Positions 24,609 through 36,660 of a DNA stretch of 64,000 bases are shown here, piece by piece (position 1 is the stretch's first letter; every line of letters starts with the position of its first letter). The stretch covers positions 81,532,001 to 81,596,000 of the forward strand of contig CM059432.1 in NCBI GenBank assembly GCA_030390025.1. Reading direction: 5' to 3'. The position numbers and the translations under genes are program-made. The DNA comes from Squalus acanthias. Its lineage: Eukaryota. The notes under the pieces are model-generated. The model saw only the letters and a list, made by a program, of their open reading frames with translations. It did not search any database and had not been told where the DNA came from.

Positions 24609-25815
24609 TCAGGTCATAAGCATGGCCCTGAGAGGTCTGCAGAAGCCAGACGTCCTCCAGCCGTGCAGATTTTGCTCCTGGTGATATAAAGTGAAAGTAC
24701 CAACCTTCTGGTGGCCTCCAACAGGTGGGTACCGGGCTCTGTTTAGATCCTCTGATCTGATTCGGTCAAAATCTCTGACCTGAGTGGGTCTGGGCACAAG
24801 GACTACCAACTTATGTTCTTGCAAGAGCTCCCACCTACAGTAACATAGGCTGCAATTCTTGGCATCAGTGCCAGAGCAATGAATAGTGGAGATACAGACC
24901 CAGTCCATGCAACAGCAGTTGGATTTGGGTAGGAGCGGGACGAGGAGGAAAATCACCCGCTGACGCTGACACTGACACACTGAGCAGGTCCCCAAAGTCC
25001 AGGCTTGTCAGTCGGATAGGCTGACAGTCAGCTAGTCATCTCCGTAGTACTAAATTCAAGATCGCAGGCAAAAATACTTTGAGCAATTTGAATTGTTTGC
25101 CTTCTTTTTTTAATCAGGAGCTATGCTAACTGTTCATTTTTGATTCCTAGATTTTGGATCTTTTTGGATGATGGATAGTTTCATTTTTGCAAGGTAAACC
25201 TGCGGGCAGAAGGCTTGCAGCAAAGGTGCCTGGGACGTTCCTTCAACGCCGCGTTGGCCAACCTCAAAATGATTGAAGGGGTCATGACTCCTCGATCCCG
25301 CACTGGTACAATGTTTATATTAAGGTGGATTTTTGTTAAAAGCAATTTCAGCTAAAAGCACATGTTATATTGGAATTTTCTACATCCTCTTAAAAGAAAT
25401 TGACTGTAGTCTATTTTCATGCTGTGAAAGGTAGCTTGCTCGCCTGACCTAAGTGTTGAAAACTAGCTGCATTCCACTTGACTTGCACAGACAGCAGGGA
25501 TTAATTAAAGTGTGTCAGAATGTTCTGGATCAATGTAAAATGTATGTGTGTGCAGATGCATACACCTGTCAGCATTTTACATTTTATTTGTGATTTCTTA
25601 CATATTTATTTGTTAGGTATGTAGCGCACACACAAGGTAACGTGGTAAATTACTTACGGGGCTTACTAAATTGCATATGGCATGTCATATCTGTGTTCAA
25701 ATAAAACCAGACAGAATGTGCAAATGTTTTAGCATTAGTTTCAAACTGAGTGATACCACATGTAATGATGTTACATTAATGACTTTAAACAAACACATAT
25801 GTAAATTATTTTAAT

Positions 25816-26057
25816 AGCAAAATACTGCAGATGCTGGAAATCTGAAATAACAGAAAATGCTGGAAACACTCAGCAGGCCAGGCAACATCAGTGGAGAGAG
25901 AAACAGAGTTAACGGGCTGGATTTTGCCAATGGGGAGCTTTTGGAGGCGGGACTCCCACTTTTTGGGTTTTAGTCCCGCCTCCATCGACTTCTGGCCACC
26001 CCCAACGTTTCAGATCTGTGACGGATGCTGCCTGGCCTGCTGAGTGTTTCCAGCATT
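25816..26057. mobile_element. Fold-back pair of Penelope 3' termini with a 90-bp insertion
   Basis: AAATGCTGGAAACACTCAGCAGGCCAGGCA ... TGCCTGGCCTGCTGAGTGTTTCCAGCATTT. Confidence 0.8.
25914..26003. mobile_element. Very short Harbinger MITE derivative
   Basis: Starts GGGCTGGATTTTG, ends CCC, TSD AAC (25911-25913/26004-26006). Confidence 0.6.
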
Positions 26058-26567
26058 TATTATTGTAAATTATTTTGTTTTTTCACTGTTTACGTTTCTG
26101 TTATATCCTTCTGATCGGCATCAAAGGAAATGCAGAGGTTTTAATTTGAATTTGGCACATGTAAGGCAACATTTTAATATTGATAAATTTTGCCTTTTTA
26201 ATTTAATTGATGGAAAGTTTGATTTTACATGGTATTTTCAGTTTAAATGCTCAGATGCTGAAATTCATGGCCCTTTTCTTTTATTGAATCTTTATTGATT
26301 GTGACTATTAATCGTCATACTATATTAAGATTTCAATTAGCCCGCTTTATTGTGTTTTTCTGGCAATGGATCTGACAACACTGCAGTGCAACCTAGCCAT
26401 AGCTTCAAGAAAAATATCATCCGTCATTCAAAAATCATGAGACAGCTCCCTTTTTTTTAAACAAAAAGTAGTATTAGAAGATGGTTCTTTTTATTCTGTA
26501 ACGGTTGCGTTAATTCTCTAATATCGCCAGTGAATGAAGCTTATGAACAGTTCTGTAGACTCCTGTC

Positions 26568-26922
26568 TCATAGAATCAATGGTTACAGCACAGAAGGAGG
26601 CCATTCGGCCCGTTGAGCCTGTGCTGGCTCTCTGCAAGAGCACTTCAGCTAGTCCCACTCCCCCGCCCTTTCCCCGTAGCTCTGCAAATAGTTCCCTTTC
26701 AAGTATTTATCCATTTCCCTTTTGAAGTTACCACTGAATCTGTTTCCACCACCCTTTCAGGCAGTGCATTCCAGATCATAACAACTTGCTTCATAAAAAA
26801 AATTCTCCTCATCTCCCCTCTGGTTCTTCTGCCAATTACATTAAATCTGTGTCCTCTGGTTAGTGACCCTCCTGCCAGTCTAAACAATTTCTCCCTATTT
26901 ACTCTATCAAAACCACTCATTT
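26568..26922 (-). mobile_element. CR1 3' end
   Basis: TRGHRFNVIG..RIFFMKQVVMIWNALP; GATTCTATG tail. Confidence 0.9.
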
Positions 26923-27795
26923 TCTAAAGAAAGAGAAAATGCACCTATTTTCTCATGACATGCTTTTTCTAGAATGATGAAAGGGTAAAATATTTGGTCA
27001 AAAATGGGAAAAGATGGCTGTACAAACAGCTATAGGTTTCTGCTACACAATCTTTAGAGACTTGCAACAGGGAAGCTCAGAACCATAGTAAATTACAGAA
27101 TGTTGGCTAATTTCATGTAAGACAAACATGACAATGGGACATTAAGTGAATTAGTCAGTAATGAACTGTGATACCAGTCTTTTATTTATTTTTATGGCTG
27201 CATTTCAACCTGGCGCGGAAATACTTTATTTGGAAATGTTATAGCACCTTAGAGTAGCTTTTGTAGCATTCTCGTAAATTGAATATTTTTTCATAAAATA
27301 ATCTCAAACCTGACAGCCTCAGCTGCCCAGATTTTCCAAAAACTGGTGGAAGCGACTGGAAAATCTAAGCCTCAATGTTGGTGTGGCATCTTTTCAGGAT
27401 AAAATGGTCAAATGCACACAGTGTGCTGTTGGAATATACTGAAAATATTCCTACCTAATTGCTGAACTAGAACAAGAAAGCAGAATCAGCGTATGAGAGA
27501 AGTTAAAGCAGCAGACAACATATTGAATAAGAATAACCAAGGAGGATACTGGCACACTATCAAATATCATAGCGACTGCACACAGAGACCCTGAAATTCT
27601 GTGGCGTTCCCGTGAACTCTTGCCATAACTTCAGTGTGAGATTGATAGAACTCCCAGAGAAATTGCATATACGGCTGTTGTTAGAACCCCACAGAAATTC
27701 TAAGCAAGAGTTTGTTTGTCCATTTCTGCTTACCACAGGTATGCAGGAATTGGAAAGGATTCAGGTTTAAGATGATCAAGCGATGAAAAAGATAA

Positions 27796-28491
27796 GGGGG
27801 GAAAAATTTGGTTGCTTTGCGCCTCCCGTTAGCGCCCTCAGAGGTCGCTAACGGGGGGCACAAAGCAACTGGAGCCCGGGCGCGTGCCGCCAATGCCTCC
27901 CGCGAAATTCAGCGGGAGGTTAACCGCGGCGGTAACCGTGAGCGCCCCACTCGCGTCGCGGCCGCGATCTTCGGTAGCGCCCCCTGACTTACCGCCGGAC
28001 GCTATGTCCGACGGGGTCAGGGGGGCCCACCTGCGGCCCGGGCGGCGCTAGTTAAAGGGGAGGTGGCGGGCGGCTATTTTTTTTGCTTGCTGCCTGCCAG
28101 CACCTGCCCCCGTTGCTGTCCCCGGCCCCCGTGAAGCCCTCCCGCGGGGTGCCGGCTGCTCTCCGTGAGCCTGGCACTCCTCTTGAGTGCCGGGCTCATT
28201 TGTCGGCACTCCCGATCCGTGGTGGCCCAGCTGGGCGCCGGGACGCGCTGCGTCAGGCCCCTCCCCTTTAATAAGGGGAGGAAGGCCTGCAGTACCACAG
28301 CACGTAGCGGCATGATATTGCCTCGCAGCACTCCAAGAGGGATGTGGGTCGCTTCTAGTAGCGCCCCTCCTCCCTCTCGGGGTGCTACCTGGGAAAATCG
28401 GCCGCAGGGGCGCTAATTTTTTCGGGGCACTAAAAGTAGCGCCCCGGCGAAGTTAGCACCCCAAAGGGGTCGCGACTCAATTTTTCCCCCC
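27796..28491. mobile_element. GC-rich Harbinger MITE (GGGGGAAAAATT family)
   Basis: TIR GGGGGGAAAAATT/AATTTTTCCCCCC, repeated TAGCGCC subterminal motifs; TSD not clean. Confidence 0.85.
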
Positions 28492-28625
28492 TTGGTGTAT
28501 TTTAATTTTTTAAGATTTAAGAAGGCATAATCCAAGTCTTTAAAATAACTAGCTGATCTTCCCGGGCATTCTTCATGACAAGACGGATGATGCACTGTTT
28601 AATAAGAAAAGGGGCTTGTGCTGAG

Positions 28626-29297
28626 AAACAAAAACAGAAAATGGTAGAAACACTCAGCAGGTCAGTCAGCATCTGAGTTAATATTTCAGGTGTGAATCCT
28701 TCATAAGATCATGAAGGGGGAGAAATTCAATTCACATCCATCCGTTTGGCACCTGAAAAATAGGTGGCCAGAAGTTGAAAATTAGAGAGGGGGCACTTTG
28801 GCTTCCCCATTGATGCTCAAGACCCGCCTGATGCCATATTCAGCTGGGCCTGCAAATGGACGAGCAGCCTGCCTGCCTGAAACTGGTGAAACAGGTCCTT
28901 TGCTGGTTGTAGGACCCTTGTTGCAAAGCTCAGGTACAAATGGTTGGAGCTTGCGCTGCACAAACTCCACCCATTTGTTCTAGATCTTGAGCAGTCTAAC
29001 CAGTGGTCCTTAAAGGGACCTACCTGCGGGAGCTGGCCAGAATTTGTCCCAACCAGCAAGCTGCATCAGGACGCCCGATTGGCATCCACAGCTCACCGCT
29101 TACATTTAAAAGAGGACCAATGCTAAATCATCTGTTGACTTACCTCTCATTTTGGGCACACGTCCAATTTCTCCCCCAAAGGGTCTATAATTGAAATGTT
29201 AACTCACCTGTTCTGTCCACAGATGCTGACTGACCTGCTGAGTGTTTCCAACATTTTCTGTTTATGCTTCAGATTTCCAGCATCTGCAGTTTTTTGC
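28626..29297. mobile_element. Head-to-head Penelope termini with a Harbinger MITE (28716-29177) at the centre
   Basis: Arms 28626-28710 and 29178-29297 are inverse homologues; MITE TIR GGGGGAGAAATT/AATTTCTCCCCC. Confidence 0.8.
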
Positions 29298-29312
29298 TGC
29301 TTGCATTATACC

Positions 29313-30001
29313 ATGATGTGGAGATGCCGGCGTTGGACTGGGGTGGACAAAAATGAGAAGTCGCACAACACCAGGTTATAGTCCAACAGATTTATTTAAT
29401 TTTACAAGCTTTCGAAGCAGTTCGCTCCTTCGTCAGGTAAGTTAGCAATGAGAGAATCTCCCAGAATTCACAATTTAAACACAGACAAAATCTATTCACA
29501 TTTTTCCTACAACAAAGAGCACAGCCAAGACAATGAGATGTGTCCCAGGGGGTCCAACGTGTCAAACCACCTGCTGGCTGCATATCCTGTCAATTTGTGT
29601 TCTTGTGTTAGTAAAAAAAAAAATTTTTTAAAACACCTGGGAAGACCGGCCATGATGTCAAGTCACGTTCTGTATCGTGACATGAACCCGATATCGCGAT
29701 TGAGGCCATCCTCATGAGTGCGGAACTTGGCTATCAGTTTCTGCTCTATGCGCTGTCGTGTATCTCGAAGGCCGCCTTGGAGAACGCTTACCCGCAGATC
29801 CGAGGCTGAATGCCCCTGGCTGCTGAAGTGTTCCCCGACTGGGAGGCAACCCTCCTGCCTGGCGATTGTTGCGCGGTGTCCGTTCATACGTTGTCTCAGT
29901 GTCTGCATGGTCTCGCCGATGTACCATGCTCTGGAGCATCCTTTACTGCAACGTATCAGGTAGACAACGTTGGCCGAGTCACATGAGTATGTACCGTGTA
30001 C
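29313..30001 (-). mobile_element. 5'-truncated Penelope-like element: GIY-YIG endonuclease end plus pLTR
   Basis: NVVYLIRC..WYIGETMQTLRQRMNGH..VGEHF..GLNRD; homologous to 52583-53732. Confidence 0.95.
29402..29440 (-). ncRNA. Minimal type I hammerhead ribozyme motif, intact
   Basis: TTAC-CTGACGA-A-GGAGC GAACT GCTTC-GAAA-GCTT-GTAA. Confidence 0.85.
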
Positions 30002-30200
30002 CTGTATACCATGTAATACCATTATACCATTATATCATGTAATATATAATGCTGCTAATGTCGCTCTCTGTCCCTCAAAGTTTTATTGCTATTAAATAAA
30101 TACAGAGTGAGATCAGTCAGAGTTATTTTGCAGATTTGTCCATTAATGTCAGGCTCCAAGGCAGTGATTGACATTTTTTCTTGATTATTTTGTCATTTGT

Positions 30201-30333
30201 AACACACACACACACAGATGCGCACACACATACAGACACACACATCAGACACAGATGCAACATAGACACACCGACACACACGCACATACACAGACACACA
30301 GAAACATACAGACACATACAGACACACACACAC
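30201..30333. repeat. Imperfect (CA)n microsatellite
   Basis: CA-rich run. Confidence 0.9.
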
Positions 30334-32044
30334 AAATAGAAGTCCTATGACATTGTTCATTATGAGTCAGATGATACGCTGTTTTATAATAATTGGGGCA
30401 TTATGTCATGCATTACAACAGGGCTAATTACTTACCGTGACTGTATAAGTACACAGTATTCTGAGTTTTTTAACCAATGCTTTGGGGATCAAGGTCTGTG
30501 ATAATGTCCATTATTCTGCTAAAACTAAATGAGTGGCCTTTATTTTATATACATTCCTTTTTCTGTGCATTTAATTTTTATCCCTTACCATTTTAAAGCT
30601 GAGAACTCATAGCAAGATGACATGCAAGATGTACCAGTGTGAGGTATTAGGGAATTCCACACTGAGCTGCACCACCTTTAAGCCAATGGTAAATGAGCTG
30701 TGACCACCAATGTTGTGAACAATTTACATGAGAATTTCCTGAGTTTGCTCATTTGCATATCCATTGGAGTAGCAATTGGCGTAAAACGGGAGTAATCTGC
30801 AAAGATGCATGGAAATTTGGTCACTCCATCTATGCACCTGAGCTTTTACTGGAGGGCGGCTGTCAGCCCCAAAGCCTTTGTTTGATGCAAATGTTGCACC
30901 AGGGCCTCCAACTCTTCTGCATCTAAAAGAGTACTGTTGCCTAAATGGCTCTGCTGTGCCATTATGAACACTTAGTCCAATTTTCTGTTATCAGCAGAAT
31001 TGGGCAGTGGCAAGCAATTGGGGCTTCAAAAAATGCAAGAGAGGTAAAAGAACAAAGTGGGCCTCAAAAGAGACTAGGAAACAAAACAAAACAGAGTGGG
31101 CAACAGGCCTTGACAAAAAGATCACAGACCTTCAAAAAAAGGTGTACAAACATAAGAACATACATAATGGGGAAGAAAAAAGAAAATAGAAAGCGGAGAA
31201 CGAGGAAGGCTGGTAAAACTTACTTGGAAGCAGTTTCTGCTGGAGTTAGGTCTTCTGGCCCATGACGGAACTGAGAATTACAGCTGGGAGAACCAAGGCC
31301 AATTGGGGTAAGTAGAAAAAATAGAACTGAAAATTGCATCCTTTAGCATGACAGCCAGCCATAACAGCCAGCACTGACAGGCGGGTGTAACTACTGTGTG
31401 ACAAATTAAATAGACAGTTTCCATTATAAATGTAGACATAGGAATTTATAATAGCAAAACAAAAATAAGGACAGAATGCTTGACTTTAAAATGGGCACTG
31501 AATTACAGCTGTGCTCTGTGGTCCAATTACCCCCCACCCCAATCTCTGACCTAACCTCTTCTGAAAGCCACACGTGGTCTTGACTATCCGTGTGCAAACC
31601 CCTGAGGGAAATTGAAACACTAATATATTAAAAATTTTATGGCTGTGTGCACTTTCTGACAACTTTGCCATTCTGAATTCCTATGTTCATATTTATATTT
31701 GGAACACATGATACCCTCCCAATAGTGCTGGTAATGTACCACCTCAAATTACTCCCAGCTCCTCAGCCTGTACTGCACAGAAACTCCTACACACCAACCA
31801 ACTCTACTTCCCTACTTCTCAAATTGCCGTATGTCTTCCTATTTAACCTTAAATAATTATATCAAATTAAAGTATTATATAAAAATAATGATACAATAAA
31901 TGACTTTAAGGTGGGAACTGAATTACATCTGCCTGCCTTGATCTAATTGTCCCCCACCCTCTCAGCTTCATTCAGTTGAAGTCTATACTTGGGGGTAGGG
32001 GGGGATTTTAACCCTGGGGAAAACCAGGTGGGTAAGCAGTTAAA

Positions 32045-33752
32045 CAAAAGCAAAATACTGCAGAGGCTGGAAATCTGAAATAAAAACAGAAAATGCTGGA
32101 AATACTCAGCAGGTCAGGCAGCATCTGTGGAGAGAGAAACAGAGTTAACGTTTCAGGTCGATGACCTTTCATCAGAACTGGAAAAAGTTAGAGATGTAAC
32201 AGATTTTAAGCAAGTGTAGGGGCAGGGAAAGGGGGCAGGGGAGGAAAGTGCTAAAGGGAAGGTCTGTGATAGGATGGAAGGCAGGAGTAATTAAAGGACA
32301 AAAGGTATGATTGTACAAAGCAAAAGGAGATGGTAATGGGACAAGTAAAGAAACAAAAGATGGGTCTAGAAGAGGTGTAAATGGGAATGGCAGAATCATC
32401 AACAGCTGCCATCTGAAAAAATAGGGCCAGAGGTTCTGGTCTGAAATTGTTGAACTCGATGTTGAGTCCAGAAGGCTGTAAAGTGCCTAATCGAAAGATG
32501 AAGTGCTGTTCCTCGAGCTTACGTTGAGTTTCATTGGAACAGTGTAAGAGGCCGAGAACGGAGAGGTCAGAGTGGGAGTGGAGCAGAGAATTAAAGTGAC
32601 AGGTGACCGGAAGCTCGGGGTCAGGCTTGCGGACTGAACAGAAGTGTTCCGCAAAGCAGTCACCCAATCTGCATTTGGTCTCCCCAATGTAGAGGAGACT
32701 GCACCGTAAGCAGCGAATATAGTATACTAAATTGCAAGTACAAGTAAATCGCTGTTTCACCTGGAAGGAGTGTTTGGGGCCCTGGACGGTGGGAAGGGAG
32801 GAGGTAAAAGGGCAGGTGTTGCATCTCCTGAGCTTGCACAGGAAGGTGCCGTGGGACGGGGTGGGGTGTTGGGGGTGATTGAGGATTGGACCAGGGTGTC
32901 GCGGAGGGAGTGGTCCTTCATAATGCTGAAAGGGGAGGGGAAGATGTGTTTGGTGGTGGGATCACGCTGGAGATGACGGAAATGGCGGAAGATGATCCAT
33001 TCAATGTGGAGGTTGGTGGGATGAAAGGTGAGGACAAGGGGAACCCTATCGTGGTTTTGGAAGAGAGGGGAAGGGGTGAGAGCAGAAGTGCGGGAAATGG
33101 AACGGACACGGTCGAGGGCCATGTCAACCATGGTAGAGGGAAATCCTCGGTTGAGGAAAAATGAAGACATATTATGGCACTAGTATGGAAGGTGGCATCG
33201 TCAGAACAGATGCGACAGAGCCGGAGAAACTGGAAGAATGGAATAGAGTCCTTACAGGAAGTGGGGTGGGAGGAAGTGTAGTCCAGGTAACGGTGGGAGT
33301 CAGTGGGCTTATAGTGGATGTTTGTCGATAGCCTATCCCCAGAAATGGAGATAGAGAAGTCGAGGAAGGTGAGGGAAGGGTGGAAATTGGAAGCAAAGTT
33401 AAATAAATTTTCAAGTTCAGGGCGAGAGCAGGAAACGGCACCGATACAGTCATCAATATACCAGAAAAAGAGGTGAGGGAGGGGACCTGAGTAGGACTGG
33501 AACAAAGAATGTTCCACATATCCCACGAAAAGGCAGGCATAGCTAGGACCCATGCGGGTTCCCATAGCAACACCTTTAATTTGGAGGAAGTGAGTGAAGT
33601 CAAAGGAGAAGTTGTTCAATGTGAGAACAAGTTCAGCCAGGCAGAGGAGGGTGGTGGTGAATGGGGACTGGTTGGGCTTCTGTTCAAGGAAGAAGCGGAA
33701 CACCCTCATGGTGTCCTGGTGGGGGATGGAGGTGTAGAGGGATTGGACGTCC
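32045..33752 (-). mobile_element. Penelope-like element, second family: RT plus GIY-YIG pseudogene and pLTR
   Basis: MDVQSLYTSIPH, GVAMGTRMGPSYA, YIDDC, FLD, KPTDSH; LVYYIRC..LLYIGETK..FAEH; frameshifted. Confidence 0.95.
32143..32179 (-). ncRNA. Minimal type I hammerhead ribozyme motif, intact
   Basis: AGTT-CTGATGA-A-AGGTC ATC GACCT-GAAA-CGTT-AACT. Confidence 0.85.
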
Positions 33753-34427
33753 ATGGTGGTACCCACGTCCATGGGTTAAAACCCAATGGGTGGCTCACCC
33801 ACCAATGCCCCGTCCGAATCCTGCTATTGCCGATTTTTACTGGCACTTCTAGATAGACAGCTAAGCCGCCCACTTAAAACAGATGAAGTGCTTCTTTAAA
33901 TACACAGATCAGGGTCTGATGACAGGCAATTTTAACTCCAACCTCAGTTTTTTTACTTACCTTTGCCAGGCCAGTAGGAGTAGGAGTGTTCCTCCAGGTC
34001 CTTTCCCCGGACTTCCCTCTTTCCCTATTGCGAGATATCCCCAAATCTGTGTCCCAACGCCTACCTTTGTGGTGACAGACAGCCAAAGGCCTCTCGATCT
34101 TCCACAGGCCAGCAGTCACTTCCTGGGATGGCGGCAAATTAACTGCATCCTGCGGTTTCCCACCAGAAACCTGCAGGGAGTTATAATTGAATTCTAGATC
34201 TTGACTCCCCGATGTACGACACCATGGGAGATTGATTAGTAATCTCTTAAAAGTCTTGCATAAAGGAAGCACTTCCTACAAGTGTCATACTTACTTCCTG
34301 TAACACTTCCCCGATGCACTTTATTGATTTTACAGAACAGAATTTGTCTTATTGATCACCGTAAATTAGCAGCCTGATAATAATACATTGTGAGTTCATG
34401 ACATCACACAGTTATTATGAAATAATA

Positions 34428-35430
34428 GGGTCGATTTTACCTGCAGATGGTTTTCGGACAGACAGTGGGCGGAGCAATCTGCCTGATGTCATCCGTCTGA
34501 GGCCCGAACCATTTTGACATTTGGGCTTCATTGATAGGCTGCCCACACCTTTCCGGCACTGACTTTTAACCTGCCCAATTGGAGGGAACGATTTACAATG
34601 GGCTTAACGCCCATTTAAAGAGTGAATGTACCTCTTAAAGCAAAGTTTCATTCAACTCATTCCACTGAGAGTATGTCTCAGCCAAGAGCATTTCACTTCG
34701 CTGATACAGAGGTGGAGTTGCTGGTGGTGCAGGTGAGGACACACAGGCAGGTCCTGTTCCCATCAGATGGCAGTAAAGTGCCCAAAAAGATGCTACAGCA
34801 GGCTTGGAGGGAGGTGGCAGACAATGTCAATGCTCAGAGCATCGCCCCCAGGTCATGGGTTCAGTGCCAGACGTGCTTCAATGACCTGAACTGGACAGCA
34901 ATGGTCAGCATGAGGTCTTCATATCTCTACTTCTCTGCATTGGATCTGGCCACAGCAATTCCAGCCCCTCCCCGAGCACATTAAAGACTTCCTGCACCTG
35001 CTCCACATGCTCCTCCACCAATCACTAGGGAACACTGCAACAACTCTCCTCATTCCAATAACCTGTTGTTGCTACCCTCACAGCAGGCACTAACAGACAT
35101 CTGCTTTTACCCGATAGTTACTGCTAAGCATTTCGCTCCTCTGCTGATTGCTTTCTCATTTCACAGTGGAGTCACTTTCCTTCACATGACCACCCCCCCA
35201 TCCTGTTCGCAACTTGCTGCTCCTCCCACTCAGTATGCACACTATATGAAGCTGGTGCACACACTTGTACAACCCTTTTCAACACTCACTCATTAACTCT
35301 CTCCCTTTCTTTCTGTAGGAGAAGCTGGCTCACAATAACTGGGATAGAACCAGAACTAGGGGAGGGCCGGTCTCCATCCAGGCCCTCAATCAGATGGAAG
35401 TGGAGGCGATAGACATCATTGGGGCAGGTA
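34428..35430 (+). mobile_element. Harbinger end carrying Myb/SANT-like exons 1-2
   Basis: MSQPRAFHFADTEVELLV..AWREVA..RSWVQCQTCFNDL, GT intron, then TTCTGTAG|EKLAHNNWDRTRTRGGP; possible TIR GGGTCGATTTT. Confidence 0.8.
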
Positions 35431-36211
35431 AAGCAAGGAGTGTAGAAATGCAGTTGTTATAGGGGATTCGATAGTCGGGGATAGACAGTCGATTCTGCAA
35501 CCGCAACCGTGAGTCCCGAATAGTGTATTGCCTCCCTCTTCTAGTGCCAGGGTAAAAGATATCACTGAACGGGTGCAGGACATTCTGCGAGGGGAAGGGG
35601 AACAACCAGAAGTTGTGGTCCATGTTGGAACCAATGACATGGATAGAAAAAGGGTTGAGGTCCTACAGGCAGGGTTTCAGGAGCTAGGAAAAAGATTAAA
35701 GAACAGGACCTCAAAGGTGATGATCCTTGGATTACTCCCAGTGCCACATGCTAGTGAGTACAGAAACAGGAAGATAATGCAGGTGAATGTGTGGCGGGAG
35801 AAGTGGTGCAGGAGGGAGGGCTTCAGATTCCTGGGGCACTGGGACCAGTCCTGGGGCAGGAGAGAACTGTGCACACTGGATGGATTGCCCCTGAACAGTG
35901 CTAGGACCAATGTCGACATGGGGAGGTTAACTAATGCTGTGGGGGAGGGTTTAAACTAATTTCGTGGGGTGGGTGGGGTGTGGGGTTTGCGACAATGGGG
36001 TGCGTCAGCAGAGAGGAGAGACATGGTGCATAGAAAACTAACAGGGACAAACAGGAGCAGAACAAAGAATATTGTAGTAAGAGCAGGAATTAGATGGAGG
36101 GAAAAAACAAAGCAGACTAGCATGGTGTTGGAATGCATGTCTATTAATGCAAGGAGTGTAACAAATAAGGTTGACGAGTTACAGGTACAAGTTGCCACAT
36201 GGGGTTATGAT

Positions 36212-36660
36212 CAATGTTCCCTTTAAACTCTCTGGACCTCCCGCGCAGCCGGCTCACTGGCTTTTCAATACGAAAAACTGTGCATGCACAGTATTTTGAA
36301 TTTTTTAAATTCATTCATGGGATGTGGGCATCACTGCCAAGGCCAGCATTTATTGCCCATCCCTAGTTGCCCTTGAGAAGGTGGTGGTGAGCCATCTTCT
36401 TGAGCCACTGCAGTCCGTGTGGTGAAGGTACTCCCACAGTGCTGTTAGGGAAGGAGTTCCAGGATTTTGACCCAGCGACGATGAAGGATCGGCGATATAT
36501 TGTCAAGTCAGGATGGTGTGTGACTTGGAGGGGAACTTGGAGGTGGTGGTGTTCCCATGCGCCAGCTGCCCTTGTCCTTCTCGGTGGAAGAGGTCGCGGG
36601 TTTGGGAGGTGTTGTCGAAGAAGGGGCTGCGCACTCAAAAAAAAATTAACGTGAACATTG
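36212..36660. mobile_element. hAT-type non-autonomous element containing a LINE 3' fragment (~36300-36620, -)
   Basis: TIR CAATGTTC/GAACATTG, perfect 8-bp TSD GTTATGAT (36204-36211/36661-36668). Confidence 0.85.

Noticed and set aside
27796..28491. CpG island or host promoter
   Set aside because: CpG richness is confined exactly between MITE TIRs
30945..31265. Lys/Arg-rich ORF
   Set aside because: A-rich composition, no domain or clear splice context
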